Shown here: piece after piece, positions 31,090 through 32,000 of the stretch | How the letters are laid out: the number at the start of each line of letters is the position of its first letter | Position numbering within the stretch: the first letter of the stretch is position 1 | Origin: Edaphobacter aggregans | Lineage (GTDB): Bacteria; Acidobacteriota; Terriglobia; Terriglobales; Acidobacteriaceae | Length of the DNA stretch: 32,000 nt | Reading direction: 5' to 3' | Assembly: GCF_003945235.1 (NCBI RefSeq) | Contig: NZ_RSDW01000001.1 | Location: 3,480,001-3,512,000 of the forward strand | Notes under the pieces: model-generated | What the model was told of the DNA's origin: nothing | The model's input: the letters and a program-made list of their open reading frames with translations, nothing else | Databases searched by the model: none | Program-made: the position numbers and the translations under genes

Positions 31090-32000
31090 GTGAGCAGGAT
31101 GCCGCGGTTTCGGCTTGGGATTCTTTGCTCTCTTATGGTTTGCGCGACCTTTGCCGCAGCCGATGGCGACCAGAAGCAAAAGCTGGATCGCCAATTTCAG
31201 TCGGCGGTGGCGCAATATGACGCCGGGCGATTCGCAGAAGCAGCAGCCCAACTAGAAGACCTTTTACCTCAGGCACCAAATAACTTTGAGGTCGAAGAAC
31301 TTTTGGGGATGACCTACTCCGCGCTGTCGCAGGATACGAAGGCAATAAAACACCTTGATGCTGCGGTTCGATTGAAGCCGAACTCGGCTGCTGCGAGGAC
31401 CAATCTGGCGGCGAGTCTCTCGCGTTCAGGAAAGGCCGAATTGGCTGGCGAACAGTTCCAAAAGGCGCTCGAATTGGAGCCTAGGGACTATACCGCCAAC
31501 CACAACCTGGGTGAATTTTATATTCAGTCCGGAAAGATCGCGGAAGCGCACCCTTTTCTCGAACGGGCGCAACGAATTAATCCTGCCTCCTACGATAACG
31601 GCTACGATCTGGCGATGGCCGATCTCCTCACTGGACGGCTTGACGAGGCACGGCAACTTGTCCAAAGCATGATCCAAAGCAAGAACACCGCGGAGTTGCA
31701 CAACCTGCTAGCCCAGATTGAAGAGAAAGACGGAAAATTCGTAGCGGCGGCAAATGAGTTCGGGACTGCTGCTCATATGGATCCGAGTGAGGACAATTTG
31801 TTTGATTGGGGGAGCGAACTTCTTATCCACAGGACCTACGAGCCGGCCATAGATGTCTTTCGCCAAGCTACCCGGCTTTATCCGAATTCCCCCAGACTTC
31901 AGATCGGGCTGGGCATGACGCTATACTCGCGAGGTCTTTACGAAGAGGCAGTCAAGTCCCTTCTTGTGGCGGCTGATCTAAATCCTTCCGATGCTCGGTG
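31090..32000 (+). CDS. Secreted TPR repeat protein, 3'-partial (runs off the window)
   Basis: Own translation: (V)SRMPRFRLGILCSLMVCATFAAADGDQKQKLDRQFQSAVAQYDAGRFAEAAAQLEDLL...ARTNLAASLSRSGKAELAGEQFQKALELEPRDYTANHNLGEFYIQSGK...HMDPSEDNLFDWGSELLIHRTYEPAIDVFRQATRLYPNSPRLQIGLGMTLYSRGLYEEAVKSLLVAADLNPSDAR. GGAGG at 31079-31083 lies 6 nt before GTG 31090; in-frame ATG 31099 is the alternative. It is absent from the ORF track because no stop falls in the window. Confidence 0.8.
   Translation, partial: MSRMPRFRLGILCSLMVCATFAAADGDQKQKLDRQFQSAVAQYDAGRFAEAAAQLEDLLPQAPNNFEVEELLGMTYSALSQDTKAIKHLDAAVRLKPNSAAARTNLAASLSRSGKAELAGEQFQKALELEPRDYTANHNLGEFYIQSGKIAEAHPFLERAQRINPASYDNGYDLAMADLLTGRLDEARQLVQSMIQSKNTAELHNLLAQIEEKDGKFVAAANEFGTAAHMDPSEDNLFDWGSELLIHRTYEPAIDVFRQATRLYPNSPRLQIGLGMTLYSRGLYEEAVKSLLVAADLNPSDAR

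Noticed and set aside
1-32000. Search for classical mobile-element or defence hallmarks: transposase, integrase, IS inverted repeats, CRISPR repeats, toxin-antitoxin pairs, restriction-modification genes.
   Set aside because: None of the ORFs shows DDE, tyrosine- or serine-recombinase, Cas or nuclease/methylase motifs. No spaced short-repeat array was seen. The only mobility scar is the metY direct repeat.

Overview
32-kb chromosomal window with about 21 protein-coding genes. I see no rRNA, tRNA, CRISPR array, transposase or integrase. The gene content suggests Acidobacteriota: a TonB-dependent receptor with an N-terminal carboxypeptidase-regulatory-like domain, CRTAC1/ASPIC-UnbV FG-GAP proteins and many secreted TPR proteins. 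That assignment is inference only.

Left half (79-16790, all on the + strand, many 4-8 nt start/stop overlaps):
- two different adenylate-forming acyl-activating enzymes, a FabG-like SDR and a group-II PLP decarboxylase
- MetY, an RmlC/SDR/RmlD deoxysugar trio and an LhgO-type FAD oxidase
- a 549-nt gene-free gap
- a heme-oxygenase-like diiron oxidase (HDO) candidate and two alpha/beta-hydrolases with non-canonical catalytic motifs
- a decayed second copy of the metY 3' half, then MetA and an aldehyde dehydrogenase

Right half (17.1-32 kb):
- a secreted CarboxypepD_reg+TPR protein, convergent with a 3-gene minus-strand operon
- that operon encodes a 1277-aa CRTAC1-redoxin-TPR fusion, an 846-aa TPR protein and a CRTAC1 protein
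- the operon is divergent from a 1258-aa TonB-dependent receptor, whose candidate promoter is followed by a perfect LacI-type palindrome
- a further, partial, TPR gene runs off the right edge

Most worth a second look:
1. The orphan gene set of acyl-activation enzymes, decarboxylase, HDO and paired hydrolases. It partly resembles the exosortase-A-associated cassette, but no exosortase is present in the window.
2. The metY 3' direct repeat bracketing a 7-kb cargo block.
3. The function-unknown CRTAC1/TPR/TonB module, whose redoxin domain has lost its first active-site Cys.

All functional calls come from motifs read by eye in the supplied translations. No database search was run.
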